Assembly: GCF_004010195.1 (NCBI RefSeq)
Contig: NC_057755.1
Coordinates: 7,778,145 to 7,805,514 of the forward strand
Source of the DNA: Chiloscyllium plagiosum
Lineage: Eukaryota
DNA length: 27,370 bases
Direction: 5' to 3'
Every line of letters begins with the position of its first letter. The first letter of the stretch is position 1. Positions 1 to 9,958 of the stretch are shown one piece after another. Position numbers and translations under genes: made by a program. The notes under the pieces are model-generated. The model was not told where the DNA came from. It did no database searches and saw nothing but the letters and a program-made list of their open reading frames with translations.

Positions 1-81
1 ATAATTTCAGCTTTACTTTTGTCCTTGGATAAACCCAATCCTGATAATTTCAGCTTTACTTTTGTCCTTGGATAAACCCAA
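1..81. repeat. Tandem duplication, 43-bp period, about 2 copies
   Basis: ataatttcagctttacttttgtccttggataaacccaa at 1-38 and 44-81, identical. Confidence 0.95.
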
Positions 82-197
82 ATCTAACTTATTTGCTAAT
101 TATAAAAGCATGGCCTTTTTCTTTCCTAACAAACTTTCTTGGCAAATTTGAGAATCATCTTCAAGTACCAGAACTTTTTTGCAATTTTCTGAGCCAT
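1..197 (-). pseudogene. Decayed gag N-terminus of a Gypsy-like LTR retrotransposon (continues beyond the window)
   Basis: ATG at 197. With one frameshift and one stop it reads MAQKIAKK/LVLEDDSQICQESLLGKKKAMLL*LANKLDLGLSKDKSKAEII, similar to the KK..LL.LA..L.L......K.EI pattern of fish Gypsy Gag. It lies downstream of an LTR and PBS on the same strand. Confidence 0.5.
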
Positions 198-364
198 TTC
201 GCTCACCTTTAATTTAATCAACCACAAGTCACCGAAAGTAAACAAACTGCCTCACTTACATTTTATTTAAAGATCTAGAACACAAACCTGCAAGTGTTTA
301 AATCTGCTGGGAATTTTCGTAGCCCCAAATCTATCCAAATCTGTCTAAACCAGTTCAAGTTTGT

Positions 365-640
365 GGGTGGCACAGTGGTTCGTACTGCTGCCTCACAGCG
401 CCAGAGACCTGGGTTCAATACCTGCCTCAGACAACTGTCTGTGTGGAGTTCGCACATTCTCCCAGTGTCTGTGTGGGTTTCCTCCGGGTGCTCCGGTTTC
501 CTCCCATAGTCCAAAGATGTGCAGGTCAGGTGATTTGGCCATGCATTAGTCAGAGAGAGGGGTGGGTTACCCTTCGGAGGGTTGGTGTGGACTGGTTGGG
601 CCGAAGGGCCTGTTTCCACACTGTAGGGAATCTAATCTAA
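365..640 (+). mobile_element. HE1-type tRNA-derived SINE (V-SINE)
   Basis: A-box tggcacagtgg, B-box ggttcaatacc, V-SINE core gtgtgggtttcctccgggtgctccggtttcctccca, CR1/HER1-like 3' end gggccgaagggcctgtttcc and (aatct)n tail. Confidence 0.92.
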
Positions 641-644
641 AAAA

Positions 645-664
645 ATCATGGACCCGAACCCCCA
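645..664 (-). other. Degenerate tRNA-Pro primer-binding site
   Basis: Minus strand tgggggttcgggtccatgat lies 4 nt after the LTR end and resembles the canonical Pro PBS tgggggctcgtccgggat. Confidence 0.55.
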
Positions 665-668
665 AAAC

Positions 669-1430
669 TGTTATGATATGGGGTAAACTCTCCTGCTTAA
701 TGTAAAAGCGACAACACAGAAAAGATATATCCCGTGAAATAATCTGTGAAAATTTGAGAGGCCAAGAACTATTTAAAGTAAAAATTAACTACTTTATTTC
801 TTAAAGCAAAACAGAGAATAATTAACTAACAACTGTTCATAACTCCTTTCTCTAACCTATCCTTTAGTTTCCCTTTCCTCAATACTAGTCCGATAAAACA
901 CCCGATTAAGATTTACAAAACAAAACTCCTTATCTCAAAACCAGGCAGCTTTCGGTTCTTCTGCATTCCTGTTCTTTTCTTCATCTTGGGGAGTGTGGGG
1001 GGGGACTGAAGGGCTCCTGACTGAAATGTCAACTTTCCTGCTCCTCGCATGCTGCCTGACCTGCTGTGCATTTCCAGCACCACTTTAATCTTGACTCTAA
1101 TCTCCAGCATCTGCAGTCCTCACTTTCCTATTGGCAGTTCTCCTCTCAACTGTCCAATCATCCTCAGTCTTATATCCCTAAAGCATTGGATTGTGTAATC
1201 GGCTTTTAAGATTGTCAATATCCTAAATTCAAACTTGATTGGGATTTGATATTTTCAGGGTATAATTTAAACTGATTGGCTGAACTCGAATTTGTTTTTG
1301 TCTCATAGCAACTCAGACAGTGCTATCTGTTCTGAACCAAATGTTACTTTGTAAAGTCTCTAGCACTCGGTGTGCTTGCCAAATCCTTCACTCTCTTAAA
1401 GGTACAGAACACTTCTACACCTTTATAACA
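669..1430 (-). mobile_element. 5' LTR of Gypsy-like element (interrupted at about 1006-1128)
   Basis: Termini TGTTAT...ATAACA form a perfect 6-bp inverted repeat. Minus-strand AATAAA at 793-798. Followed on the minus strand by the PBS and gag-like remnant, which explains the lack of a TSD around the LTR alone. Confidence 0.65.
1006..1128 (+). mobile_element. Penelope terminal-repeat-derived mini-element with decayed hammerhead motif
   Basis: ctgaagggctcctgactgaaatgtcaac...tgctgcctgacctgctgtgcatttccagcacc...tccagcatctgcagtc is homologous to the copies at 3350, 14312, 16317 and 27122. Confidence 0.75.
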
Positions 1431-1475
1431 ATGATATCAATTTGCAGAAAGACAATTACAGAGTCTGGTACTTAC

Positions 1476-1646
1476 TGCAGTTTCTGTAGTTTGCAGTCCG
1501 AGTTCCCCAGAACCGCACACAGTAGTTTCATCCCTGAATCTCCCAAATTGTTATTATTCATGTTCAGTTCTATTAAAGACTGGTTTGTACTAAGGGCAGA
1601 GCTGAGAACCTGAACACAAGATTTTGTCAGACCATTTCTGTACAGC
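1476..1646 (-). CDS. NLR exon: two RI-type LRRs (171 bp), last visible exon
   Basis: ttatccgaAG|gctgtac...aaactgca|GTAAGT, phase 2-2. LYRNGLTKSCVQVLSSALSTNQSLIELNMNNNNLGDSGMKLLCAVLGNSDCKLQKL. Confidence 0.93.
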
Positions 1647-1756
1647 CTTCGGATAAGAGAGAAAGAAGTAACAGGAATCAGAGTAAATCCCCAGAATTGA
1701 TCATTACTTACGCAAACAATAAATAGAAACACAGTCTCACACAGTTTTGTACTCAC

Positions 1757-1927
1757 AATAGCTTCTGTAGGTTGCAATGAGGATTCATCAGAGCCAATGA
1801 CAGTCGTTTCACTCCTAAATGTTTCACCTTGTTATTTCCGAGGTTTAGTTCTATCAGTGACTGGTTTGTGTTGAGTATTGCGGCGAGATCCTCAGCACAA
1901 GATTCTGAGAGATTGTTGTCACGAAGC
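1757..1927 (-). CDS. NLR exon: two RI-type LRRs (171 bp), not in ORF track
   Basis: atccccAG|gcttcgt...aagctatt|GTGAGT, phase 2-2. My translation LRDNNLSESCAEDLAAILNTNQSLIELNLGNNKVKHLGVKRLSLALMNPHCNLQKL has no stops. Confidence 0.92.
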
Positions 1928-2037
1928 CTGGGGATTACAATCAGAAAAACACCCAGTTTTCATTCTTGTTTATGTCAATATTAAAGTGCTAGGCATCTAG
2001 TTATTACAGACACTATTTAAAATATTTGGGTACTTAC

Positions 2038-2208
2038 CCCACTTTCTGTAATTTACAGTTCAGGTTCCTCAGAGCTGCTGACAGCAGTTTCATTCCTGAA
2101 TCTCCCAATTTATTATCATTCAGGTTCACAACAGTCAGTGAGCGACTTGTACTTAGAATGGAGCTGAGATCGTCGGCACAAGAATCTGTGAGCATGTTAT
2201 TGTTGAGA
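2038..2208 (-). CDS. NLR exon: two RI-type LRRs (171 bp)
   Basis: atccctAG|tctcaac...aagtggg|GTAAGT, phase 2-2. LNNNMLTDSCADDLSSILSTSRSLTVVNLNDNKLGDSGMKLLSAALRNLNCKLQKV. Confidence 0.93.
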
Positions 2209-2271
2209 CTAGGGATCAGAGAGATAGGGGGAGGGAGAGAGGGAGTGAAAGAGACAGTGCGCACGCAAGAA

Positions 2272-2470
2272 AGCCAGAGAGAGGAAGCACACATGAGGGA
2301 GCCAGAGAGGGAGAGAGAGTCATTGTACATGAGAGAGCCAGACAGAAGAGAGAAGGTGCAAGACAGCCAGAGAGATACAGCATGCGTGAGGGAACCAGAC
2401 AAAGAGAGGGCATGAATAAGACAGCCAGAGGGGGAGAGAGAGAGAGAGAGAGCATGTGAGAAAACCAGAG
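2272..2470. repeat. Degenerate purine-rich minisatellite (about 7 units of 28-39 bp anchored by (a)gccaga/accaga)
   Basis: agccagagag.../agccagaggg.../agccagacag... recur with (GA)n runs. On the gene strand this is a long pyrimidine tract before the 2208 acceptor. Confidence 0.7.
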
Positions 2471-2982
2471 AAGGAGTGTGTACAATTGTCAGAGAACCAA
2501 AGAGAAAAAAAAAACAGGGTTTAGTATTAACACTATTATTTATAATAACAATGATGTAAAGATTCAGATATCCAGATATCACATGTTGACATACACAACT
2601 GGAAGAGAAGCAGACCATTTGCTCCCATAGATTGCTTCTTCATTTAACATGATTGTGGCTGATCTATTTATGTTTGAAATCTATATTCTGATCTACCTCC
2701 AGTAATGTAGATTCTTGTTACACAATGGAAAATATCTACCTGTGAATTAAAAACATTCAATTACCCCACCTCCATCACCTTCTGGGACAGAGTTCTAAAT
2801 CCACACAATCCTTAAAAAGAAATTCCCTGAAAAGGACAGCCCTAATTTTAAAAAAGTGCCTCCTCACTCTGAACTCACCCACATAAGCCACTACCCATTC
2901 CACATCCACCTCATCAAGACCCTGAAGGCCTTTGTACACTTTGACCAAGTCACCGCTCAGCTTGTCTAAACTCCTGTGGAAA

Positions 2983-3439
2983 CCACGAGGAAGTGAGTCT
3001 GCAGATGCTAGAGATCAGAGTCAAAGAGTGTGATTAGATTAGATTAGATTCCCTACAGTGTGGAAACAGGCCCTTCGGCCCAACAAGTCCACACCGACCC
3101 CCCGAAGAGCAACCCACACCCCCCTCTGACTAATACACCTAACACTATGGACAATTCAGCATGGTCAATTCAACTAGCTTACACACCCACACAGACACAG
3201 GGAGAACATGCAAACTCCACACACAGTTGCCCGAGGCTGGAAATGAACCTGGGACCCTGGTGCTGTGAGGCAGCAGTACTAACCACTGAGCACTGTGTGG
3301 TGCTGGAAAAACACAGCCGGTCAGGCAACAGCCGAGGAGCAGGCTCTTCCTGATGAAAAACTTATGCTTGAAACATTGACTCTCCTGTTCCTCGGATGCT
3401 GCCTGACCGGCTGTGCTTTTCCAGGATCCACACTCTTCG
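2983..3439. mobile_element. Penelope terminal-repeat mini-element with inverted arms and hammerhead remnant, 13-bp TSD
   Basis: Minus arm (ctgcagatgctagag...gtgctggaaaaacacagccggtcaggc) is followed by a plus arm (ctgatgaaaaacttatgcttgaaacattg...tgcctgaccggctgtgcttttccag). Flanks actcctgtggaaa (2970-2982) and actccagtggaaa (3440-3452). Confidence 0.8.
3033..3297 (-). mobile_element. HE1-type SINE, internally deleted, nested in the mini-element
   Basis: (attag)n tail, then ccctacagtgtggaaacaggcccttcggcccaac ... gctgtgaggcagcagtactaaccactgagcac, the reverse complement of 365-640. Confidence 0.9.
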
Positions 3440-4384
3440 ACTCCAGTGGAAATAAGCCCAGTCCATCCGTGTATCTTCATGAGGCAAGCCACCCATTCAC
3501 AGTGTTAATCTAGTAAACCCCCTCTCAACCACCTCTAGTGCATTTACATCCTTTTCTAATTAAGAAGATTAAGGTCAGAGTGCATTAAGACTGTAAGGAT
3601 TCAATTGAGATTATTATAGTTAAGTAACAGAGCAGGCTTCAATTAATGAGCCTTGCACCAAAAGAACCTGATGTATTCTAGAGGTTAGTGTCAGCAGGAA
3701 TCTATAAATGACAGTTTGTCCCATCAAATCATTCCAAGGAGGCCTTAGGGCCAGAACAGGTTCAGAGACAAGGAGAAGACAGACACTGATAAAGAATGGG
3801 GCAAAACACAACAGACTAAATGATTCTTGACTGAGTGAAGGAGACTTGCATGTCATTAACCCATGACCTGGAATCAAAATCTATTTTCTTCTGCTTGTAT
3901 GAAGCAACTTTAGAATTTGGACAATGAGGGGCTTCTGGTATAAAGGTACTTAATTTTTCTGTATTCTCCAGAGTCTTACTCTGGTCTAAGTCATGATGCT
4001 CTCCCTGCATCGCTTGAATAAAATGACTAAAATTCTGTATTCAGTTTCCAGTGGTCGATTATAATAAGTTACTACAATAGATGTCAAAACTATACAGTAT
4101 CTGAGATGTGATTTCACATGTCTTGTATAACTGAAGCATAATATACTTACTTTTACATTCAATTCCACTTGTAATAAAGGATAGTTTCTCTTCACCTTAA
4201 GAAAGGTGCTGCAGTTGCATAAAATTTTTATGCAACTCGTACTAGAACACCAAGATCCCTCAACACTTCAGAATTCCTCAGTCTTTCAGGGAAAACGATG
4301 TTTAATCAACATATCAGACTTCATCAAAGGATTATCATCTGCTTTGGATAAAGGGAATCTGAGAATTTACTATAAATGTGTTTG

Positions 4385-6137
4385 ATCTCCCTATAGTTTC
4401 CTGCATCCCTTCATTCGTGAATAGAGGGATTATATTTGCAGCTTTCAAGACAAATGAAGTCTTTCCTGAATCTGGGAAATTTTGGAGAATTCATGCCAAT
4501 GCATCTGTATTAGCAATCTCTGTGAAGGCCAACGAAGTCCGTCTGGAGCTGAAGACTTCTCAGCCCACCATTTCATCTGTTTAATGAATAAAGCTCCCTT
4601 AATAACTGTAATCTCTCTTTGTTCCTCTCTCTCTCCGAGCTCCTAATTTACAGCTAGTACTCAAGACTTTTTGTATCTGCTACAGTGAAGAGAAAAGCAA
4701 AATACTTGTTCAGTGCATCAGCTACTTCTTTACTGTCAACCATTAACTCCACATTCTTATTCCCAAGAAGACTACACTCACTGTATGTACACATTTTGTT
4801 TTTTAAGTACCTGTGCAAACTCATGTTTTGTGGTTTTCAGCTTTCGAGCTTGTTTCTTCTCATATTCTAATTCCCTCCTCTGGATTAACATTTTAGTCAT
4901 TCTCTGTTCTTTATTTTCAGATCAATCATCTGACCTACCTTCATCTTTACAATTGCCTCAATTTGGATGGTTTCTTTAGCTGATCACAGGTGACGAGTTC
5001 TCTCTCTTGCTTCAGTCAGAATAGACTTATTCTGAATATTCTGAAATATCTGTCACCACTACCTCCATTGATCTATCACCTAACTGATTATGCCAATCAC
5101 TTCAGTTAGCTTAGCTTTCATACTCACACAGTGACCCTTGTTTAAAGTTAACATACTTGTCTTAGACCCAACCTGCTCTCTTTTGAATGGGATGGGAAAT
5201 TGTATCATATTGCGATGGCTGCTACATAGGAGCGTCTTTATTTGGAGATTGTTTCACAAATCCTGTCACATCACACAATTCCCATTATATGATACATGTA
5301 CAACCTGCTGCCTGATTGCTCCAGAATATGCTGTTCGAAGAAACTCTCTCAAAAGGAACTGATAACTTCTCATCCAGGCTACTACTGCCAAATTGATAAG
5401 TAGAGTTGAAACGTAGATTCAAGTCAGTAACAATTATCGCCGTCTATTTATCACAAGCACCCAATATTCATTCATATCTACCTTCTCTGACACTGTGGTC
5501 ACCATTAGGGGGCCTGTAGACCACTCCCACAAGTGACTGCTTTCCTCAAAGAGTCTTTGTGCCAGAGTGATTCACTTCGATGCGTGCTCTGGATTTGTTC
5601 ACTTTGTTCTGAAAGTTGCCCACATTCAGGTGTGGAGCTTCTACTTTTCACTTTGTTTTCTTTGTAACGTTAATTTTCATGGTTGCTGTATTCCTAGTTC
5701 CTTTTGGCCTCTCCGTCTCTTTCAGCGATCCTTTGACTCTCATTTCTCATGTCTTTTGAAAAACCACACCTTACCACCTTGGATCCCTTGCACCCACTAT
5801 TGAGTGTAAAAGCCTCTCAAATTCCCAAGTTCTGCAGTTTGAGAGAACACAGGCCGTCCCAACTGTACCACTCCCACTTTCCCAGTGCCCTCTAAACCAG
5901 AATCCACTTCTCCTACACCTGTTGTTGAGCTACATATTCTACATATATTTCAATGTTATGCATCCTATGTCAACTTCCATGTGGCTCGGGTAGTTTTCTA
6001 CAGTACTGTGGCTCAGTTAGTATTCTATAATAAAATACGAGGTTCTGTTTTTTCTTATTTGCTGCCTAGCTCCTCGTATTTTTGAAGTTTAAACTCTTTC
6101 CTAGTTCTACCAATGACATTGATACCTACATGGAACA
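4385..6137 (-). mobile_element. Old degraded CR1 LINE (ORF1 esterase to ORF2 endonuclease region)
   Basis: The reverse complement near 6105-6135 resembles VHVGTNDIG of the CR1 ORF1 SGNH esterase. ggggcctgtag (YRPP-like) at 5510 and aaaagcaaaatacttgttcag (LN.YFAS-like) at 4700 are ORF2 motifs. Many stops. Confidence 0.55.
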
Positions 6138-6861
6138 TAGTTAAATATCACACAACACCAGGTCATAGTCCAACAGGTTTAATTGGAAGCACACTAGCTT
6201 TCTGAGCAACGCTCCTTCATATTAAAATAGCCATTCCCTATGGACAAGCCCTACGCATACACTGGATCTGCTCAGCTGAGGAGGAACGTGACGGACACCT
6301 GGAAGTACTCAAGGATGCCCTCACAAGAACGGGATACGATGCTCAACTCATCGACCACCAATTCCGACATGCCACAGCAAGGAACTGTAATGACCCCCTC
6401 AGGAGACAGACATGTGCTGCAACTGACAGGGTACCCTTCGTTGTTCAGTATGAAGGGTTGTTCAGGACATAGATACCACTATTACGCGTGGGAACACCTC
6501 CCACCTTGTACATGGCAGGTACTCATGTGACTCAGCCAACGTTGTCTATCTTGTACGTTGCAGGCAAGGATGCCCGGGGGCATGGTACATTGGGGAAACT
6601 GAGCAAAGGCTACGACAACGGATGAATGGGCACCGCACAACAATCCACAGACAGGAGGGTTCCCTCCCAGTTGGGGAACACTTCAGTGGTCCAGGACATT
6701 CAGCCTCGGACCTTTGGGTGACCACCCTCCAAGGTGGACTTCGGGACAGGCAGCAGAGAAAAATGGCCGAGCAGAGGCTGATAACTAAGTTCGGTACCCA
6801 TAGGGAGGGCTTCAACCAGGACCTTGGGTTAATGTCACATTACAGTGATCACCATTGCACG

Positions 6862-7100
6862 ACACACACACACACAGATATTCCTACACACACACACACG
6901 CTCACATACACAGACATAGGTACACACAGATGCGCACACACCCTTATAGACACACACACTCCCAAACTCACACATGCACCTCCTCACAGACTTAAGACAC
7001 TCTGCACTCACTACACACACACACACACACTTTCTCACACTCACAACCCCAACGCCAGACAGACACACACACAGACAGACAAAGACCCATGTGCACACAT
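6862..7100 (+). repeat. (CA)n-rich low-complexity tract in the Penelope 3' region
   Basis: Interrupted cacacaca runs. Confidence 0.9.
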
Positions 7101-7508
7101 ATACTTTGTGGGGTGAATTCGTACTTGCAGAGTTACATTGTACTTTGCTCAAAAACTGCATGCATTCATGTAGAACTCTGAGCTCAAAAACTGCATGTAT
7201 TTATGTAAAACTCTGTTATCTCACTTTTTAGATTAGACTCAATCTAAACATCATGGCATAGACAGGGAACACAGGGGGCCAACACCTTTAACATATTGTC
7301 TAGCTATCACCATTGTTAACAGCTAACCCGAGAATGCAACTTTTAAAAAAAGGGTTTTGTGATTTACACATGAAAGAAGTGAAGCCATCACTGTATTCTA
7401 ACAGATGAAAGGCTTAACAGACAAGCAATTTCTCAATGTATAATTTCAGTTACATCACACTGTAAATTTTTGCTATAAATTCTGTGTTACGATCGAGCCC
7501 TCCACTAT

Positions 7509-7543
7509 CACCTGATGAAGGAGCGTCGTTCTGAAAGTTAGTA
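7509..7543 (+). ncRNA. Minimal hammerhead ribozyme motif (decayed) in Penelope terminal repeat
   Basis: cac-CTGATGA-aggagc-gtc-gttct-GAAA-gtta-gta. The inverted copy at 6192-6220 preserves GAAA-gcta-gtg, i.e. palindromic AGCT helix III and gtg pairing with cac. Confidence 0.7.
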
Positions 7544-7706
7544 TGCTTCCAATTAAACCTGTTGGACTATAACCTGGTGTTGTGTGATTCTTAACTTTGT
7601 ACACCCCAGTCCAACACCGGCATCTCCAATACATGGAACAAGATGTCAAGAGTTTCTCCCTCCTGTTAGATAATAGAAACACAACCTCACATATTCTAAT
7701 ACTTAC

Positions 7707-7793
7707 CCGAGTTGCTGCAGTTTACAGTCCAGATTCCTCAGAACCTCAGACAATAGCTTCACTCCTAAATCTCCCACTTTGTTACTCCCCAGC
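7707..7793 (-). CDS. NLR exon: single ribonuclease-inhibitor-type LRR (87 bp)
   Basis: ttttgctttAG|gctgggg...caactcgg|GTAAGT, phase 2-2. (R)LGSNKVGDLGVKLLSEVLRNLDCKLQQL(G). Confidence 0.92.
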
Positions 7794-8099
7794 CTAAAGC
7801 AAAACAGAGAGTGTGAAATGAAGTGAATCAAATGCTGGATTGAATATTTGTTTTGCTTCTTGAATGTATCCAGACACTGAAAATCAGCAGAAAATAACCA
7901 GATTTTCCTGACACTAGCAACTAGTCTTATTCTGTTAGAAGCAGGTAGGTGAATCATCACTGAGCATGATCATATTTATAACCTCTATAAACTGCGACAG
8001 TTAGCACAGCTTCAAGATAAAGTGTATGGTGGGAATTTAGGAGATTGAGGAGGCAATCCCACAGATATTGATTGTGGCCAACAGGTATGTGAACTGGTT

Positions 8100-8660
8100 G
8101 TCTCAGGACAAGCAGGAAGACTGTGGAAGGACAGTTACAATACAGACAATACCACTAGGTGTCAAACACAGAGCAAGAGCAGAATGGAAATGTAGCAATA
8201 GGGAGGGTTTTCCTAATTAGGGACATAGGTAACGTTCTTTGTAGCCACAAATGAAACTTCAGTCGGGTATGTTACTTACCAGGTGTCAGTCTAAGGAAGG
8301 TCTCATGGCAGCTGGGAAGGGAATGAAAAGGAAGTGGGACAATCCAACTGTGGCGGACCAAGTCAGGGTGAAGGGGGAATGGGTGCAGAAACAGCAGTTA
8401 CAAGATAAATTAAAGAGGGACCTCACAATTAATAACCTCTCGGTAACTCTCTGACCCACAAGCAAATTAACTTCGAGGCAGTTAGATCAGAAGAATGAAC
8501 AAGTGACTAAAGAGCTAATGTGGGATAAAATGGTGTCACTTAAAAGGACGTCATTCATCAGTCCTGGGTCAGGAAGGAGCTATTCTGAGGGGACAGACTC
8601 CAGCTGAACCAGGATAAGGCATCTGTTCTTCTGGAAAGAGCAAATAAGGAAGCAGAAAAA
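8100..8660 (+). mobile_element. Old CR1 ORF1 (SGNH/GDSL esterase-like) remnant
   Basis: Decayed motifs gtatgttacttaccaggtg (VCCLPG-like) and gacagactccagctgaac (DGLHLN-like) in the expected order. Confidence 0.5.
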
Positions 8661-9242
8661 AATTTAAAACTAGTAAACAGGCAGAACCGTAAATTGAATC
8701 AGTCTAAATATTAATGAAACTTGAAAAGATAATATAGAAAAGAACAAACTAAGGACAGATGAAGACAGATAAATAGGATTCAGAAATACGAGAGCAAAGA
8801 ATAAGAGGAATCACCATTAAAATCTGTTAGTGTCTCAGGAGGATCTTGCAAAAATGCCGAGGAGGAATTACTGAGGAATGGCTGCTGAAATATTCCAGCA
8901 GAGAATTCAACATTGCAAGATAGAATGCACTTGGGAAAACAAGTGAAAGAAACAAAGATGTGTTAGTGCAGAAGCTGCAATTATTCAAACATTATATCAG
9001 CATAAATCAGCCAAATATAAGTAGTACCATATAACTGGAGACAATGGTTAGCAAAGGATTGACTGCACATTAATACAGATGGAGGAAGAAATATAGACAG
9101 ATTAGTGATATCAGTTAAAACAAATCATGGGTGAGTCTTCCGACATATCGTTGAGAAAAGATAAGTGATGGGATAAAAAATTCAGGTCTTGCAATGTATT
9201 CAAGGCTCCTTTTGTACAAAATAGATAAACATTTGGTGTGAA

Positions 9243-9554
9243 TTAGATTACCTACAATGAGGGGAAAAGGCCATTTGGCCCGACAACTTTCCGAAGAGTA
9301 ACCTACCCAGATCCATTCCCCTATCCTATATTTAACCCTGACTAATGCACCTAACACTATGAACAATTAGGCAGGGCCAATTCACCTAACCTGCACATCT
9401 TTGGATTGTGGTAGGAAACTGGAGGACCCAGAGGAAACCTACGCAAACACAGAACGAATATGCATACTCCACACAAACAGTCGCCCAAGATGGGAATGAA
9501 ACCTGGGTCCCTCGCGTTGTTAGGCAACAGTGCTAACCACTGAGCCACCGTGCC
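9243..9554 (-). mobile_element. HE1-type SINE, near full length
   Basis: The reverse complement begins ggcacggtggctcagtggttagcactg (A-box) ... gacccaggtttcattccc (B-box), followed by the V-core and tail. Confidence 0.9.
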
Positions 9555-9958
9555 ATGATCTGTAATGGGATTAAGGAACAATGAAGTGAAAGTTGTAGGT
9601 AACATGCAAACAACAATGGCCTTATTACTGTACGAGATATAATTCAGAAGGACACGAATCATGTTTCATTCTGTTTCCTCGTCTTATTACCTATGAGTCT
9701 GATGACATATTGACACAAAATTCAACAACTTATTTTGGTTCATCAGGAAAAGACAGTCAAATCACATCTTATTGACAAGAATCCATTTAAGATTCTTCAG
9801 CCCTAGTGGAATCTGTCATCAATTTTCATTATTAATGAATTTTATGTTGAAAATGATTCTTTTTGGTCCAACTGAATTATTAGTCTCCCTTCATGATGGA
9901 GAAAAGGCACAATCCATGGCTGCTCAACAATTTGACGAAATTAGAGACAGACAGTTAC

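Larger units (their letters stand above)
2600..3560 (-). mobile_element. Old CR1-like LINE 3' fragment, host of nested insertions at 2983-3439
   Basis: Decayed reverse-strand LINE 3' motifs (accatttgctccc, catcaccttctgggacagagttc, ctagtaaaccccctctcaacc) similar to the better-preserved copies at 18990 and 20463. Confidence 0.55.
6138..7629 (+). mobile_element. Penelope-like retroelement, 5'-truncated: inverted partial terminal repeat, RT C-terminus, GIY-YIG endonuclease, 3' terminal repeat
   Basis: AIPYGQALRIHWICS...GYDAQLID (RT thumb), then SCDSANVVYLVRC..WYIGETEQRLRQRMNGHR..PVGEHF..GFN (GIY-YIG). 6140-6220 is an inverted copy of about 7516-7596. Perfect 11-bp TSD tacatggaaca at 6127-6137 and 7630-7640. 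Confidence 0.92.

Noticed and set aside
1..81. Direct repeat resembling a CRISPR repeat
   Set aside because: Only two adjacent copies with a 5-bp gap, in eukaryotic DNA inside a gag remnant. It is a simple tandem duplication.
275..640. Several overlapping ORFs (METGPSAQ..., MWVAQWF...), also at 3060-3513 and 9357-9662
   Set aside because: Chance translations of HE1 SINE and mini-element sequence.
3816..4010. 64-aa minus-strand ORF as a possible extra NLR exon
   Set aside because: No LRR pattern and no phase-2 87/171-bp splice frame. The flanking exons already join in frame.
6835..7231. Cys/Val- and Thr/His-rich ORFs
   Set aside because: Translation of the (CA)n tract.
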